The position numbers and the translations under genes are program-made. From Eledone cirrhosa (lineage: Eukaryota), in NCBI GenBank assembly GCA_964016885.1, contig OZ024756.1:34906001-34970000 (forward strand): a stretch of DNA of 64,000 nucleotides, in the 5' to 3' direction. Under the pieces are notes generated by a model. The model saw only the letters and a program-made list of their open reading frames with translations. It was not told where the DNA came from and ran no database searches. Below are positions 25,016-38,439 of the stretch, piece by piece (the stretch's first letter is position 1; each line of letters opens with the position of its first letter).

Positions 25016-26743
25016 TTACCAACCACTACATGCACCTGTCCACTAGTAAAGAAGAATAGTCAAAGTTAAACTGATAGTCTCAGATTCTGTGTGGTTCCTA
25101 GACTTCAGCCTACTCAGGCTTATGAATAATATGGCCCTGTATATTTACACACATAACTACCAGGTTTTTCAAAATATAAAATGTGCCATTGTATAAGATA
25201 CATCCTTGGTTTTGAAAAAAGTCATTGTATCTAGTATTTCTATTTAGTGTATAGGACGCAAGAGGCTCTTGATATCAAATTAAAAAGTAGGGAATGTCAA
25301 ACTGTCAGTGACCAGGCTGCAAACAGTGGGATGAAAATAAAAAAAAACTAAATATATATCAAATGAAATACCAATATTCTGCTTCAGACTTAATCTTGTT
25401 TGGGACTATACAATTATTCAGGTTTGAAAAGCTTGTTCATGTTAATATGGTGCTCAGGTGAAACATTACCAGATGACAATTCGAAATGAGTGAGGAATTG
25501 AATGAATATGGGATTGCATGGGTCTCTGAGAATCACTGGACTATACAGTGATTGAGGTTTGAAAAGGTGGCTCAGGTGAAAAATTACTGGATGACTATTT
25601 AGAAAGAGGGATGAATTGAGGAAACCAGGGATTGTAAATAGAAGGAATGGGACCTGGGTGTTGGCAAACTACTGCTTTAGTTTCAACACATGGTCTCAGA
25701 TCAAGTCACTTGCCAGACAAGTACAACTACAAAATAATTATATATCTAATGTTATATATTGTATTGCTGAAAACTGGGTCTTTGGATTCAATTGTTTCAT
25801 TCCTTAACAGCAACTGTTAACCCTTGCCTGTCTAGACATATCTCTTATGCTTTGAAGTTATATTTTCAAGATTGTGTGTATAAAAGCAAATAGATTGATT
25901 CATCTGTTTCTTTTGTAAATTATATTTATTATATAAATTGTGTTTATATGTTAATATTTTTTATAATTTACAAAAAGACCAAATCAATTAAAAAAAAAAT
26001 CAAACCTTCAAGCGAAAACATGAAAATACCCCCAGGAGATACATTCAATGGTGGTAATGTCTTCTCAACCTATCGGAGGCAAACCATTCAAATTATGCTA
26101 AGGTCTCACTTTCAGAGATCAATAAAGAAAGTAGCAGACCAGTGTTGGTATAGAACCATCTCAGCCCCTTCCTCAGCCAGCTGTCATATCTTGGATGTTC
26201 TGCTGGATTAAAGTTGACAAGGTGGTATGTCACTTGCTATTACAGACTACATGGACATCATGCTCGATTGCTAAAGGACAACTGTAGTTGACATTATCTA
26301 CTCCAGGGGAGGGGGGAATGTGTGAACCAAGAACAACCCCTCTCCACACTTGCTCTCACTGGTATAATTTATATATATAATAGTAGTGAACCAAGAACAA
26401 CCCCTCTCCACACTTGCTCTCACTGGTATAATTTATATATATAATAGTATATATATAATTTATATATGAGAGTACAATAATACAATTTATCTGGGACTGA
26501 CTGGAGGAACGGAATACGGTTAAATGTAGGGTGGAGGGGGGACTGACAGAAGAGAAGCCTTAGGGTCTAGATATAGCGTGGGTTGGGACTAACTGATCTG
26601 ATATAGACAGAGGAATAGAGCTAGATATAGGTGGTGAGGGGGGAATATGAGAGAAGTAGTAGAGTGCAATAGACTTCACAAGTGGTTCTATCCCAGTCAT
26701 TATAAACTAGAGTAACGTTTGGCTTGTCTACAGTAAAAATGAA

Positions 26744-26780
<37 letters not shown>

Positions 26781-26784
<4 letters not shown>

Positions 26785-27040
26785 ATGATATTAATAAATG
26801 GAAACTATATTTATAAAACCATATTCTATTATATATATTTCAAGGGTACAAAAACTTTGGTACGATTTCATCAGATAAAATACAAAGTTTGCTTTATAAA
26901 TATTGACATATCCAGGAATGAGACCTTAACGGTTCAAGTTTTACCTGGATAGCGTACCAAAGTTTTGGTTCCCTTGAAATATATATAATAGAATAAATAT
27001 GGTTTTACAAATATAGTTTCCATTTATTAATATCATTGAT
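26781..27040. mobile_element. Fold-back element, ~105-bp arms, Penelope-like terminal-repeat remnant
   Basis: ATCAATGATATTAATAAATGGAAAC... / ...GTTTCCATTTATTAATATCATTGAT; hammerhead motif in each arm; begins in (TA)n. Confidence 0.6.
26822..26880 (-). ncRNA. Type I minimal hammerhead ribozyme motif
   Basis: Minus strand TTTTAT-CTGATGA-AATCGTAC..GTACCCTT-GAAA-T-ATAT-A-TA-ATAGAA; two mismatches in stem II. Confidence 0.55.
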
Positions 27041-27129
27041 ATTATACTCCAGAAATCTGTTGAGTGCCTCGAATCTGTTATAAATATATATATTTGTTGA
27101 ATAACCAACAAATTAAATATCCCTTTGCT

Positions 27130-27183
<54 letters not shown>

Positions 27184-27489
27184 TATAGTGTTAAGTATGG
27201 ATGAAATATATATTTAAGAAAATCGATTCTCTCTCTCTCTGTATGTATACACACACACACACACGATTTGAGTTCCGTAGACGATACTGTCATTTTTTCC
27301 CAGTAATGTTTTCCTGTGTATAAATGGTTGAAGTTTATTATTGAAAAATCTTAACCACACACACACATAATATACTAGGAAAGTAGTAGCATTTGTGTGG
27401 TGCTATAGTTGCAGTAGCGGTTTCACTCCACAAGATATGCGTGGGTGGGCACACATTTTAGAAAATACTACACTTGAATGACAAAGACC

Positions 27490-27551
<62 letters not shown>

Positions 27552-28383
27552 GTGTGTGTAGCAGCATTAATGAATCAAATCTTATATAAGTAAAACCGCA
27601 ACAACAACGACAACCACATTCATTCACACGTGGAAACATCTACATGGTCAATGGAAATGCTGCAAATAGCAGCCAAATCTTTCAAAGCACAGTCTTAAAA
27701 GGAAGGGGTGGATACTGGATAATGTAGTCCTAGATGCATTCCAAAAAGAAATGCGATGGTCACGACTGGAATGACATCGATCATAGATTTGCTCGATCAG
27801 TGTTGACCTGGGACCAGTCCGGTGCAAAGCTGGTGACAGACCCAGGCCAAATGTAAAAATGTATCCCCCTCCCCCCGCGCTCTCAAAATGTTCATTGAAT
27901 AATTTCAGAAATCGATGCTAACTACATAATTTATGAAGAAGATATTTACATATAACAGAACAATATATATTTAAAAACAACTAGAATACGAGAAAAAATT
28001 CGTCGGACCCATGCCAATTAGTACACATGTCCCCACCCTTGGTTTTAACCTGTCTGGGGGTGGGGCTAAAACCACGGCAATATACAAAAGGCGACATGTA
28101 TGTGACTCTCGTATTTCTAGTTTGTGTTCCCTTTAGAAAATGATAGAGGACCTTAATTGGATAGAATTATTAACTAGTTCCTTATCCCCAATAACCAAGA
28201 CCCCGTGTACACTGTCACTAATCCTGATAACAGTGATACCAGTAATACAACCGTCGGTATTTAAGAAGGAAGTATCTATCTGACATTGGGACAATGGATG
28301 ATAATATAATTAACATTTATCTTCTGTGGTAAACACCTCCAACATCACATAACAGTCGTACACACACATCTATGTACGTGTGC

Positions 28384-28433
<50 letters not shown>

Positions 28434-28626
28434 GAAAAGTATAGAAATTATTGTAGCAAGAAGCCAACAGTATTCCATAATATATATATATACACACACA
28501 CTATGTCAAAGCATAAATGCACATACACGTAGTATAAACATCAACATAAATGATATATATACCGTTTCTATTCTCTCTAAGCACACACACACACATTATA
28601 TATACATATATATATATATACACACA

Positions 28627-28703
28627 TAGGGTGTCCCAAAAAATGTATGCACATATTTATTAGAATACTGTTTAAGTGCGTATATATTTTTGGGACACCT
28701 TGT
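28627..28703. mobile_element. Tc1/mariner-type MITE
   Basis: TIR AGGGTGTCCCAAAAA / TTTTTGGGACACCTTG followed by TA; relatives at 17350-17430, 56575-56636, 62306-62406. Confidence 0.7.
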
Positions 28704-29085
28704 ATATGTATATATATACATACACACATAAAAGTAGACAATGTCCATTTTTTTTTACTGGTTTCTTTGATTTTTATACCACGGGTTTCGAGACTAATCT
28801 CTCTACCATATACATTGGGGGTTATATAACAAACACTGCTTGATGGGGGTTGAGGGAGAGAGAAGTAGTGGTACCGTTTCAAAAACCTAGTAATGGGGGG
28901 GGGGGGGTCTGTCAATAATAACCCCAGGAAAAACCTAATAACAACAAGGTCCTATATTTTTCTGTAAGATAATCGGACACTGTTGTCGTGTGTTCGTCAC
29001 CCACTCCCTCGTCCTTTTAGTCAGGAAAAATATTTCTGGATTCGAACATACTCCAGTGCAACAGTTGGTGACGTTAACAAGGGGT

Positions 29086-29139
<54 letters not shown>

Positions 29140-29461
29140 CAATCATATGAGGCAAAGCGATAGTCAAAGCTAGAATGTGATTTTATTATCCACAGTAAGA
29201 TTAGCAAAAGACAGTTCAGGGTTTAATCCAATTTTCCAATTTGTAAATTTCCAGTTATAGTTTTACATCGCAGAACATATATAAAATGAATTTTTTAAAA
29301 TAACCAGGGTTTAATTTACATTATTTAATCTATTAAATAATGTAATTAATATATATGTGTGTGTGTGCGTGTGTATTAAACTATACACATATATGCATGT
29401 GGTGGTGGATGGCTACATAAAAAGGATATATAAAACATCAATGAAATGCTAATACCGATTA

Positions 29462-29509
<48 letters not shown>

Positions 29510-29510
29510 C

Positions 29511-29545
<35 letters not shown>

Positions 29546-29670
29546 AACAAGAAAGGGGCGGCAGGAGAAGGGTTACATAGCGAGACAGGTAACATATACA
29601 CACACATATATATATATTTCACATACGATATGTATAATACATACAGATTAAAAAAATATGCATACACAAG

Positions 29671-29725
<55 letters not shown>

Positions 29726-30012
29726 TACAGAGGAGTGTATATAATTATATAACACACACACGATGACAATTATAAAGTGGTGTATAGAATATGAGGGAGT
29801 TTCTATTCAAACAAATTATTGTTAGCCGATGTCATTGTGTATATATATATATATACATATATATATATACATATATATATATACATATATATATATATGC
29901 AATCAATCAATTGTCTCCTCCCTCTACTGCAACCATTTAAGTGTTCGATAGATGACACAAGAGAGGGAGAGACAGACATTACACTGATTTCGTTTGAACA
30001 TTTTAAAATTTA

Positions 30013-30045
<33 letters not shown>

Positions 30046-30218
30046 GTTACATATATTATTTGCGGCACAAAACAAATGACTGACTCAGATTTTCGAATTT
30101 TGCTTTCTAGAAGCTAGGAGTGGACATAGAATGTTGTAAATGGAAGAGTTGGGACAACTATAATGACAGTAACACATAGTAATAATAATACAGAGAGAGA
30201 ATATCGGCTGCTTCTTAC

Positions 30219-30430
30219 CTGTGGTGTGTAATGGAGGTAGTGTGAGGTATCGTATAGAGGAAGTGGTGGAGGGGAGAGTGTAGTAGAGAGTGAGAGTGAA
30301 GTTAACTGCAGGTAGAGGAAGAAGAAGAAGTAGTAGGGTGTGTAAGACGGGGGAGATGGTAACTTAGTGCTAGAGTGAAGAGCCGAGTGTAGCTTAGTGA
30401 TACAGAGAGAAAGTAGCGGGAGAGAGGGAG
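30219..30430 (-). other. ATP6V1A: Putative non-coding first exon of ATP6V1A (5' end approximate)
   Basis: Strong donor CAG|GTAAGA at 30219/30218 beside a CpG-enriched patch; coding exon 1 has an acceptor 14 nt before its ATG. Confidence 0.5.
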
Positions 30431-30600
30431 GAGAGAATCACGTGAACTACAGAGCATGCGTATCAACAACTGTTCGGATCCACGTCGATAAATGTCTCGT
30501 GCGGTTCGCTTAATCATGTCTCGCATACATCTCTCTACCTTTCTTTCATTGCCCCCCCCCCCCACCTCTCTGTCTTGTCATCATCACATGATGGAAGTGC
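30430..30600 (-). promoter_or_regulatory. Putative ATP6V1A promoter with CLEAR E-box and M-box
   Basis: TCACGTGA at 30438-30445 and TCACATGA at 30584-30591 in a locally CpG-rich stretch. Confidence 0.5.
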
Positions 30601-30825
30601 TGCAGGTTGGGGGTGTGTTTAGTCTCATGTCACTGTTATTGTTGTCTATATTTATGTTTTAATTGTTTCGTCCCGTGGTCTTCCTAGTCCGGTGTGAAAG
30701 TAGCCTCCCATCGTCACCTTATCTCCTTGAGATAATGTGTCACAGTAATAGGATGATCATTGTTCGAATGACTTTCATCAAGGATCTGCTCGACAATGGC
30801 TGACCTAGGGCTGGACATGAATAAT

Positions 30826-31010
30826 TGTTTCTACTTTTTGCTCAAGGCCAGCAATTTGAAGGGAAGGGGGAAAGTCAATTAAATCGAACCCAGTGCGTTA
30901 CTGGTACTTTATTTTATCGATCAATCCCGTAAGAATGAAAAGCAAAGCTAAGGGATTTGAACTCAGAACATAAAGGGCCGTAACTCTATGCCACAAAGCA
31001 TGTCCAACGC
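30826..31010 (-). mobile_element. SINE, dominant family
   Basis: Similarity to other copies. Confidence 0.75.
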
Positions 31011-32130
31011 TCCCCTGCGCTACTTTTCTTCAGCTCTGTCAATGATAATCATAACCAGTGGCACTACATACACTCTGTTTCTGTAAATCTATCTATCTAT
31101 CATCATCTTTTAATGTACTTCCCTGACATTTGTGTATTATTCTATGTACTATATTGACGAGTTGTAGTGCACCTGAGCACTTTACACAATAATTTCATTA
31201 TTATTATTTTTAATGTCCATTTTCCATGCTGGCATAGGTTAGACAGGTTGCCCTGTTGTGAGAAAAGCCAGATCTGTGACCATGCCCTGCTCATATAGAA
31301 ATGGTTTTGGCTTGGTTTCTACGACCGGATGCCCTTCCTAACACCAACCACATTTACAGTGTGTGCTATCACATGATACAAGGCAGGTCAAGTGACCATA
31401 TCTTACATGGGTTACACAATATCATGTTATGTAACAAGGCAGGTGATGTGACCATGTCTTACTCATATGGTCTGTTTTTTAGCTTCATTTTCTACAGATG
31501 GGTGCCCTTCTTAATGCCAACCATCTTACAGTGTGTGTGATTAGAGATTTTTTCGTGGCACCAGTACTACCACATTGCAGGGTAGACTGTGTGCTCTTTA
31601 TATGTGTGTGTGAGAGAGAGAGAGAGAGAATGTACATATTTAGGCCTAGATTCTGTTATATTTCCATATTATGACTTATCTATGTTATTTATGTTTAACT
31701 GTTTTATCTTCTGTATGTAAATGTTTAGTTCTATGAAGACAAATCATTATGTATGTATGTGTGACACTATAACACATAATAATTAAAATAATGACATCTT
31801 TATTAGCAACACAGGGTTGACATTAAGAAAACATTAATGATGGAACAGAACAAAACAATGTGGGTTTTATTTTCATGTATAAAGTGTGATAACAAGAAAA
31901 GACCCACCCCCCAAAAAACAAGCATGTAAAACAAATTCAAACAAAAGAAAATTCCCCAATAGAGGGGAAATTCTGAGGGTCACTTGTAGAGAAAACCCAC
32001 AAAAAGCCACGGCCACACTGACTTCTAGGACAAATACTCCCTCCCAGGTGTCATTCTCCAGTCTATAGGTGCATAACTAAGAGTACGCTTGTTCACCTGG
32101 ACCACACTTGCCACTCTCTTCCACCTTTAA

Positions 32131-32351
32131 CCCTTTAGCATTTAAACTGGCTGTATCTGGCCAGAATTCTCTCATCTCATTCTGTTCAAACCAGCTGTAA
32201 CTGGCCACTCACACTGATGTTAAAGTATTGTTCTCAAAATAAATAATGTCAAAATCTCATAGATTCAATATTATGTGAAATAATTATGTAAGGTAAAGCC
32301 TTTTCCGTGAAAATATAATAGTATGTATAGAGTAATGTAAATGCTAAAGGG
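32131..32351. mobile_element. piggyBac-like MITE, opposite orientation
   Basis: TTAA|CCCTTTAGCATTTA...TAAATGCTAAAGGG|TTGA. Confidence 0.85.
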
Positions 32352-33061
32352 TTGAACAATCAAACTGAAAGGCAACACTTCCCTCTCTTCTTTTGTTCTA
32401 TAATACAAAACTATTCATTTTAAGATGTTTATATTTATCTAAAAATATTCTGTCATAATTTTATCTAAGAACATTTGCAGTCTAAACACAAGCTTGATAA
32501 TGAGAAAGTTATTTTACTAAATCTTTTCAAATTTTGGATTATTTTAAAAATGATTTCAAAAATCATAGGCTGAGATTTTCTTTTTTTGAGAAATATAATA
32601 AGGAAAATATAACCTCAGTGTGATTTGAACTCAAAGAGCAGAGAACCAGAACAAGTATTGAAGGTTATTTCATCCTCTACTGTAATGACTCTACCAATTG
32701 TTCAGGGGTTAAATAAGACAATTAAAGAAGCAAAACAAAGACATTTGAAAGCAAGGAACTTTTCATTGTTACAAATATTTAGTTTTAGAAATGGTAAGAG
32801 AATGGAAACTAATGTAGAAGCAGAATGGTAAGAAGTGGTATCTAATGGAAGAATAGATTAGTATGGAATAGTAAATAACTGATCATAAAAGGTCTGTTAT
32901 AGAACAGAACGTTTATCTTTGTTCCTCAGTTTAACGATGTAATTTACAAAAGAATTCTGTTGTAAGAATGTATCCTCATAATGTATCTAAGGTATTTAAT
33001 TTATATATATATATTATATATATATATATGTTTATATGTGTGCATATGTTTGTTTATATGT

Positions 33062-33094
<33 letters not shown>

Positions 33095-33600
33095 CATATA
33101 TGTGTGTGTGTATAAATATCCATATATATAAACACACACATGCTCACACACACACATTTATATGAAATACGCTCATACACAGATGCATGTATAGCCACAC
33201 ATTCACACATATGCAAAGAAAGAACTCAGGTACACACACAACTGGTGAGACAGACATACACACACGCACACACGCATATATATAAAGATAGACACGCATA
33301 CATATAAAGACCCAACAATCAGATTGTTAAACTTAGAAAGATCAATATTTTGTGTCATATTAAAGAATTGGTATTTGGTATCAGTGATAGGAACCAGATA
33401 AAAGAGTATGCAATCTTGTAACAAAATAAATTCCGATCAATAAACTGTATTTAACTCTTTTGATACAGTTCCACTCAACACTGGCGTTGGTTCTATGGAA
33501 TAAAACAGTTTAAAGGACTCCTGTTTAAATTAAATTCTTCCAACATAATTTGATATAAGAACTCTTTTTTCAAGTTGTGTTACAAATATCATTTTAATAA

Positions 33601-33781
33601 TTGTTTCTACTTTTGGCACAAGGCCAGCAATTAGCCAGTGCATTACTGGTACTTTATTTTATCGACCCCGTAAGGATGAAAGGCAAAGTCAACCTCGGCT
33701 GGATTTGAACTCAGAATGGCAAGGGCCGTAACTCTGTGCGTCAAAGCATGGTGTCCGACCCTCTACCTATACCGCCAATCC
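33601..33781 (-). mobile_element. SINE, dominant family
   Basis: Near-consensus copy. Confidence 0.8.
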
Positions 33782-33789
33782 ATAGTCCT

Positions 33790-34105
33790 CAAACTCTCCT
33801 TCCTTTCGGTCATGACCATAGGTAAGGGTTGGCATGAATGCCAAACTGAAGATTACGAGTTTCAGGTTTACACCTACCTCTTCTTCACCAGTTCCTGCAA
33901 TTCTTGCACTTAATTCAGCCTCCTGCCCTCAATCACCTGTGAACATGGTTCAGAGATAACTGAACTTCTCCCTCTGCTTCAGTGAATCTCCATTCACGTG
34001 TAGAGAGCACTGCACAAACTTTCGTGAGAGGACGAGTGTCTCATTTTTCACAACACCTATTTTCATTCTAGCCATGCAGCACTCAGCATCAAACCTATCA
34101 ACTGT
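33790..34105 (-). mobile_element. RTE-like LINE reverse transcriptase remnant
   Basis: Minus strand DRFDAECCMARMKIGVVKNETLVLSRK..SLHVNGDSLKQREKFSYL...PTLTYGH. Confidence 0.6.
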
Positions 34106-34319
34106 AAGTCAGAATTCTTTATTGATTTAGATGCAGTGTAGCTCATTAGAAATAGGATAACTCTAGTATTCTAATATTTCGCCTATTTCCTTACAAACCA
34201 ACAGAAATTAGTCAGGAAAAAATCTAACAAAAAACAAAACAAAATAAACGGAAGATTGGCACCCTTAATTTCACACTATAACAGGGAATGTTGGCGTTTC
34301 CTTCTAAAATATGTTTGAG

Positions 34320-34606
34320 ACAAGCCAAAACAAAGTACTGCAGCCGGTGATAGCGCGTTAAGGCACTGGAATAGAGAAGTACCTTCACCAGGAGCATCAC
34401 CCGTTCGCTAAGATCGGATGATAGGAAGGCCAACAATCTGAATAGCTAAGTTCCCTCGCCAGGAATATCACCTGATACTTCTGTAACAACCATATATTCA
34501 CAGGAGACTGTTGTCACTGTAAACCGTAACCAGTTACTTCCCTTTAATATGATTTTAGGAGAAAAAACAAAAGATTCGAACACAATTTCCGTGTTGTTTT
34601 AATCAG
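34320..34606 (+). other. AAR2: Putative promoter and non-coding first exon of AAR2 (5' end approximate)
   Basis: CpG-enriched patch around 34320-34460 followed by consensus donor CAG|GTAAGT at 34606/34607. Confidence 0.45.
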
Positions 34607-35646
34607 GTAAGTTATCATTACTTCACTAAATGGTGCATCTTGTGACAATGATGTGGTATACAGTGAACCCCAATATATTACTGCTTATATATCTCATGAA
34701 CCCTGCAAAGCATAGAATACAAAAGTTCATGCCGTTGAGATTTGAACTCAGAGCATAGTTGAAGGACCAAATGGAGAGTATTGACAATACATCTCGAATG
34801 TCTGCATACTCCGCTCATATATATATATATATATGTGCGCACACACATACACGAGCTGGTAACGAAACCCTCACATGCATATACTTATTGAATCCGGTGA
34901 ATCGAACGAGATATTTTCAAGATCTATTGTCAATGATACCCGACTAATGATATAATAAAACATTTTCTCTAACGTTCTACTGTTGTTGTTGTTATCTTGC
35001 TGTGAGCTCCGATCAAGCAGAACTATGATGTAAGGCATTCCACCCGTAACCATCCTGTCTTCCTGGGCATCATACATCACGTTATCGGATGTTTTTCTTT
35101 CTTTCCTAATACACAAGGAAGCGTCTATTGAAGACAGATGATAATCCTGAAATACATGTATACACCGGTACTGAGCTGGCTATGATAGAATCATATCTTA
35201 CACGCACATTTCCTCACAAACAGATTTCATTTATCTGTTTTAGCTCGCTCCCTACCTCCACGTACGGGTCCGTGCACCCCTTTTAATTGCCCATCCGATG
35301 GCAAATATAACAGCAAGACAATATCTATGTTTATTAAATATAAACATATTGCATAGTGGTCTATATAAGCCTTTATTGTTTTTCTTTCTTTCCTAATACG
35401 CAAGGGAGCGTCTGTTGAAGACGAATGATAATCCTGAAATACATGTATACACCGGTACTGAGCTGGCTGTGATAGAATCGTATCTTAGAATAATTACAGC
35501 AAGACAATATCTATGTTTATTAAACATAAACATATTGCATACTTGTCTATATAAGTCTTTATCGTTATTTTTTCACAGCCTGAGGATGCAGTCCCATTAT
35601 TGTTAATCCACCGTGAAGACGAAAGAAACTTAAGGCTTTTTGGAAC

Positions 35647-35813
35647 ATGGATCAGCAAACAGCTCAATTGTTGTTTAAAGAAGGGGCTATTTTAATCTTT
35701 CTCGATGTTCCCCTGGGCACAGAGTTCGGTATTGATTACAACTGTTGGGATGTGGGACCCAAATTTAAGGGTGTCAAAATGATTCCGCCTGGAGTACATT
35801 TCATATATTACAG
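35647..35813 (+). CDS. AAR2: AAR2 coding exon 1
   Basis: [55 protein letters not shown]; donor AG|GTAGGT; acceptor at 35578. Confidence 0.93.
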
Positions 35814-38234
35814 GTAGGTAACCTCTTTAACTCTTTCATTACCAAACTGCCTGAAATCACCCCTTATTCTATGATACTAAGCTGTTTATATATTTTTTTT
35901 TTTTTAAACTATCAGAATGTTAAGTTATGTTCCAAACATTGGCTCTTTCCAAATTCTTGATTATTTTCATAACATGCAATACCACTCCCCTACCACACCA
36001 AAATACTACCATGCCATCTCACTATCATACCAACCTACTACCATACAATACTACAACAATACAGTACCACTATCATACCGTTCCACTATCAAACCAAACT
36101 GCTACCATACCATTCCATTATCACACCAAACTACCATGCCATACAAATGTCACATCAAACCACTACCTGTACCACCACCAACCGATATCACTACTATATT
36201 ATTCCACTATCACCAAACTATTTGCAGTGCCAAAAACAAAGAAGGACAAGTAGCACCCCGCACTGGGTTTTTTCACGAGTTCAAACAACGAGAAATTTTC
36301 TTGAGAAAATGGGACCCTCATACAGAAGGTAAGCTTTAAAGGTCTGCTTTATACCCTTCTGCCTGCTCCTGTTTTGGAATAAGTCAGGTGAAGCATGCCT
36401 TGTCTCCCAACCTTTCTCACTGTATTTTCTGTCTTTTTACCAATTCATCTATTTTTTTGTCTTATATATATCCGTCTGCCCATCTCCCTCTGCATATATA
36501 TATATATATATATATTATTCATTTTATTAAGGCTAAATATAGTGAGTCTTGTTACTCTGGAGTTTTGCCTGCTTATCACAAACATATATATAGCTGTCTT
36601 TTTTTCTCACTATGTAGATACACATATGTAATAAGACAAATATGCTATCTGTAAGACATCAAGTTCACACTAGTGTATACATATACATACACACACACAT
36701 GTATGTATGTGTCAATATTTGTCATGTCTTAACTTGTTTCCTATTGCAGACATTAAAGTGGAAGAAACCAACCCAGATGTTATGGAATGTTATGAAATAA
36801 ACAAGAAAGAATTAGACCAGTATTTAGCTCCTTATCCATATGACAAGTAAGTATTATAGAACTATATATGCTTTACCATTATATATATTATACACTCTTC
36901 TATATATACACTAACAAACTCCACCATTTCATACCTTACACACACCACACACTAATCTTCTATACACACATCCCAGTACTTCAATCTAACCCTCCTCCTG
37001 TCTATTTCCAGCTATATACAGGTTCTATTACCTTTGTCATGTTTCACTTTAACACATCTTGTACACACATGTACTCTTCTATATACGCTATTATACACAA
37101 TCAGACAGACCAGTGTGTATATATGCTACCGCACACCGCCATTACATATTTTATGCAGGCCATATAGAGTTCTTTATATATACACTACTAATACCTATCT
37201 TAGGCATTCTACATATAGTCTTCTAATTATACACTACATTACACATGATAGTCCTCTATATATACACTCCCATCACATATCTTACACACACCACACATTA
37301 TCCTCTAAATATGCTCTAACATTACATATATTACACACTTCACATACAGTCTTATATATATATATACTAACATACTCCACCATCACATACTCACCATGCA
37401 CTAATCTTCTATAAGCACACCCCACTATTTCAACCACCCAATACTTTAATCTGTCCGTCTATTTCCAGCTACAAGAAATGGGTGTCTCTAACAAACTACA
37501 TCACATGTGATTTACTTACCTTGCTACATGTAGAGGGAGTGAAGATATCATCTGTAACAGCCTTCTGTTCGGAGAAGAGTGACACTGTGTCGAGGGCAGC
37601 TGATCGGTTGAAGAACTCAGAACCAACCCGAGATGTGAGTCAAGAATGTCAGTCAGTGAAAGAAGCAGAATCCCACCTACCCAAACTACAGTTTGCCCCA
37701 CAGTCCAATGTTCAATACCACACTGTTCCTAAGAAGTACCCAACTGGAGCAAGTCCTGCAGAGGTCACTAAGTACAGCCTAGACTCCAGCTATGCTCTCA
37801 GCACAATGATTGAGTCCTGCTACAATCACAAGGAACTGTTACTGTTGGGGGAATTGCAGTTGTCATTTGTGTGTTTTATTGTTGGACAGGTTTATGATGG
37901 ATTCGAGCAATGGAAGAAGCTTGTCAGTGTTCTGTCGGCGGCACAGAGGGCCGTCATCACCTACTCAGACCTTTACATGCAGTATATTAAAGTTCTTCAT
38001 TTTCAGTTAAAGGAGATACCTGAAGACTTCTTTGTGGACATTATATCTCAACAAAATTTCCTCATTGATACACTTTATGAATTTTTCCTGAACATTGACA
38101 GCGAGGGCGTCAACGATGAGCTCAGGAAAAGGGGGGCAAAATTTAAGGCAAATTTAACAGAAACATTTAAGTGGGACTTCAGCACGGAACCTGATGAATA
38201 CGCCCCTGTTGTCGTTGAAATTGGGGCCACATAG
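35647..38234 (+). CDS. AAR2: AAR2 splicing factor (U5 snRNP assembly factor), spliced CDS span (4 coding exons, 376 aa)
   Basis: Exons 35647-35813, 36228-36328, 36750-36846, 37469-38234 join in phase (1131 nt). Motifs [62 protein letters not shown]. Confidence 0.95.
36228..36328 (+). CDS. AAR2: AAR2 coding exon 2
   Basis: [34 protein letters not shown]. Confidence 0.92.
36750..36846 (+). CDS. AAR2: AAR2 coding exon 3
   Basis: [32 protein letters not shown]. Confidence 0.92.
37469..38234 (+). CDS. AAR2: AAR2 last coding exon
   Basis: [13 protein letters not shown]...[29 protein letters not shown]...[13 protein letters not shown], stop TAG. Confidence 0.95.
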
Positions 38235-38439
38235 TGAGTGGTAACCCAACATCCAATTTGACCCCACAAAGTCCAGTGTAAAATGACACTAGAAAAGTAA
38301 CTGTCCAATTAGAAAGTCTGTTTATCCACAAGTGAACATGTACAAAAGTTTCTGGTGTATATATACTCAGACACATAGACACATCATATATTTGCCTACA
38401 TCCTATGTACTGAAGGTATGAATATGATAGTAAAATACA

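Noticed and set aside
38190-38225. CTGATGA...GAAA hammerhead-like match
   Set aside because: Lies in AAR2 coding sequence ([10 protein letters not shown]) and has no stem III or cleavage triplet; explained by codon content.
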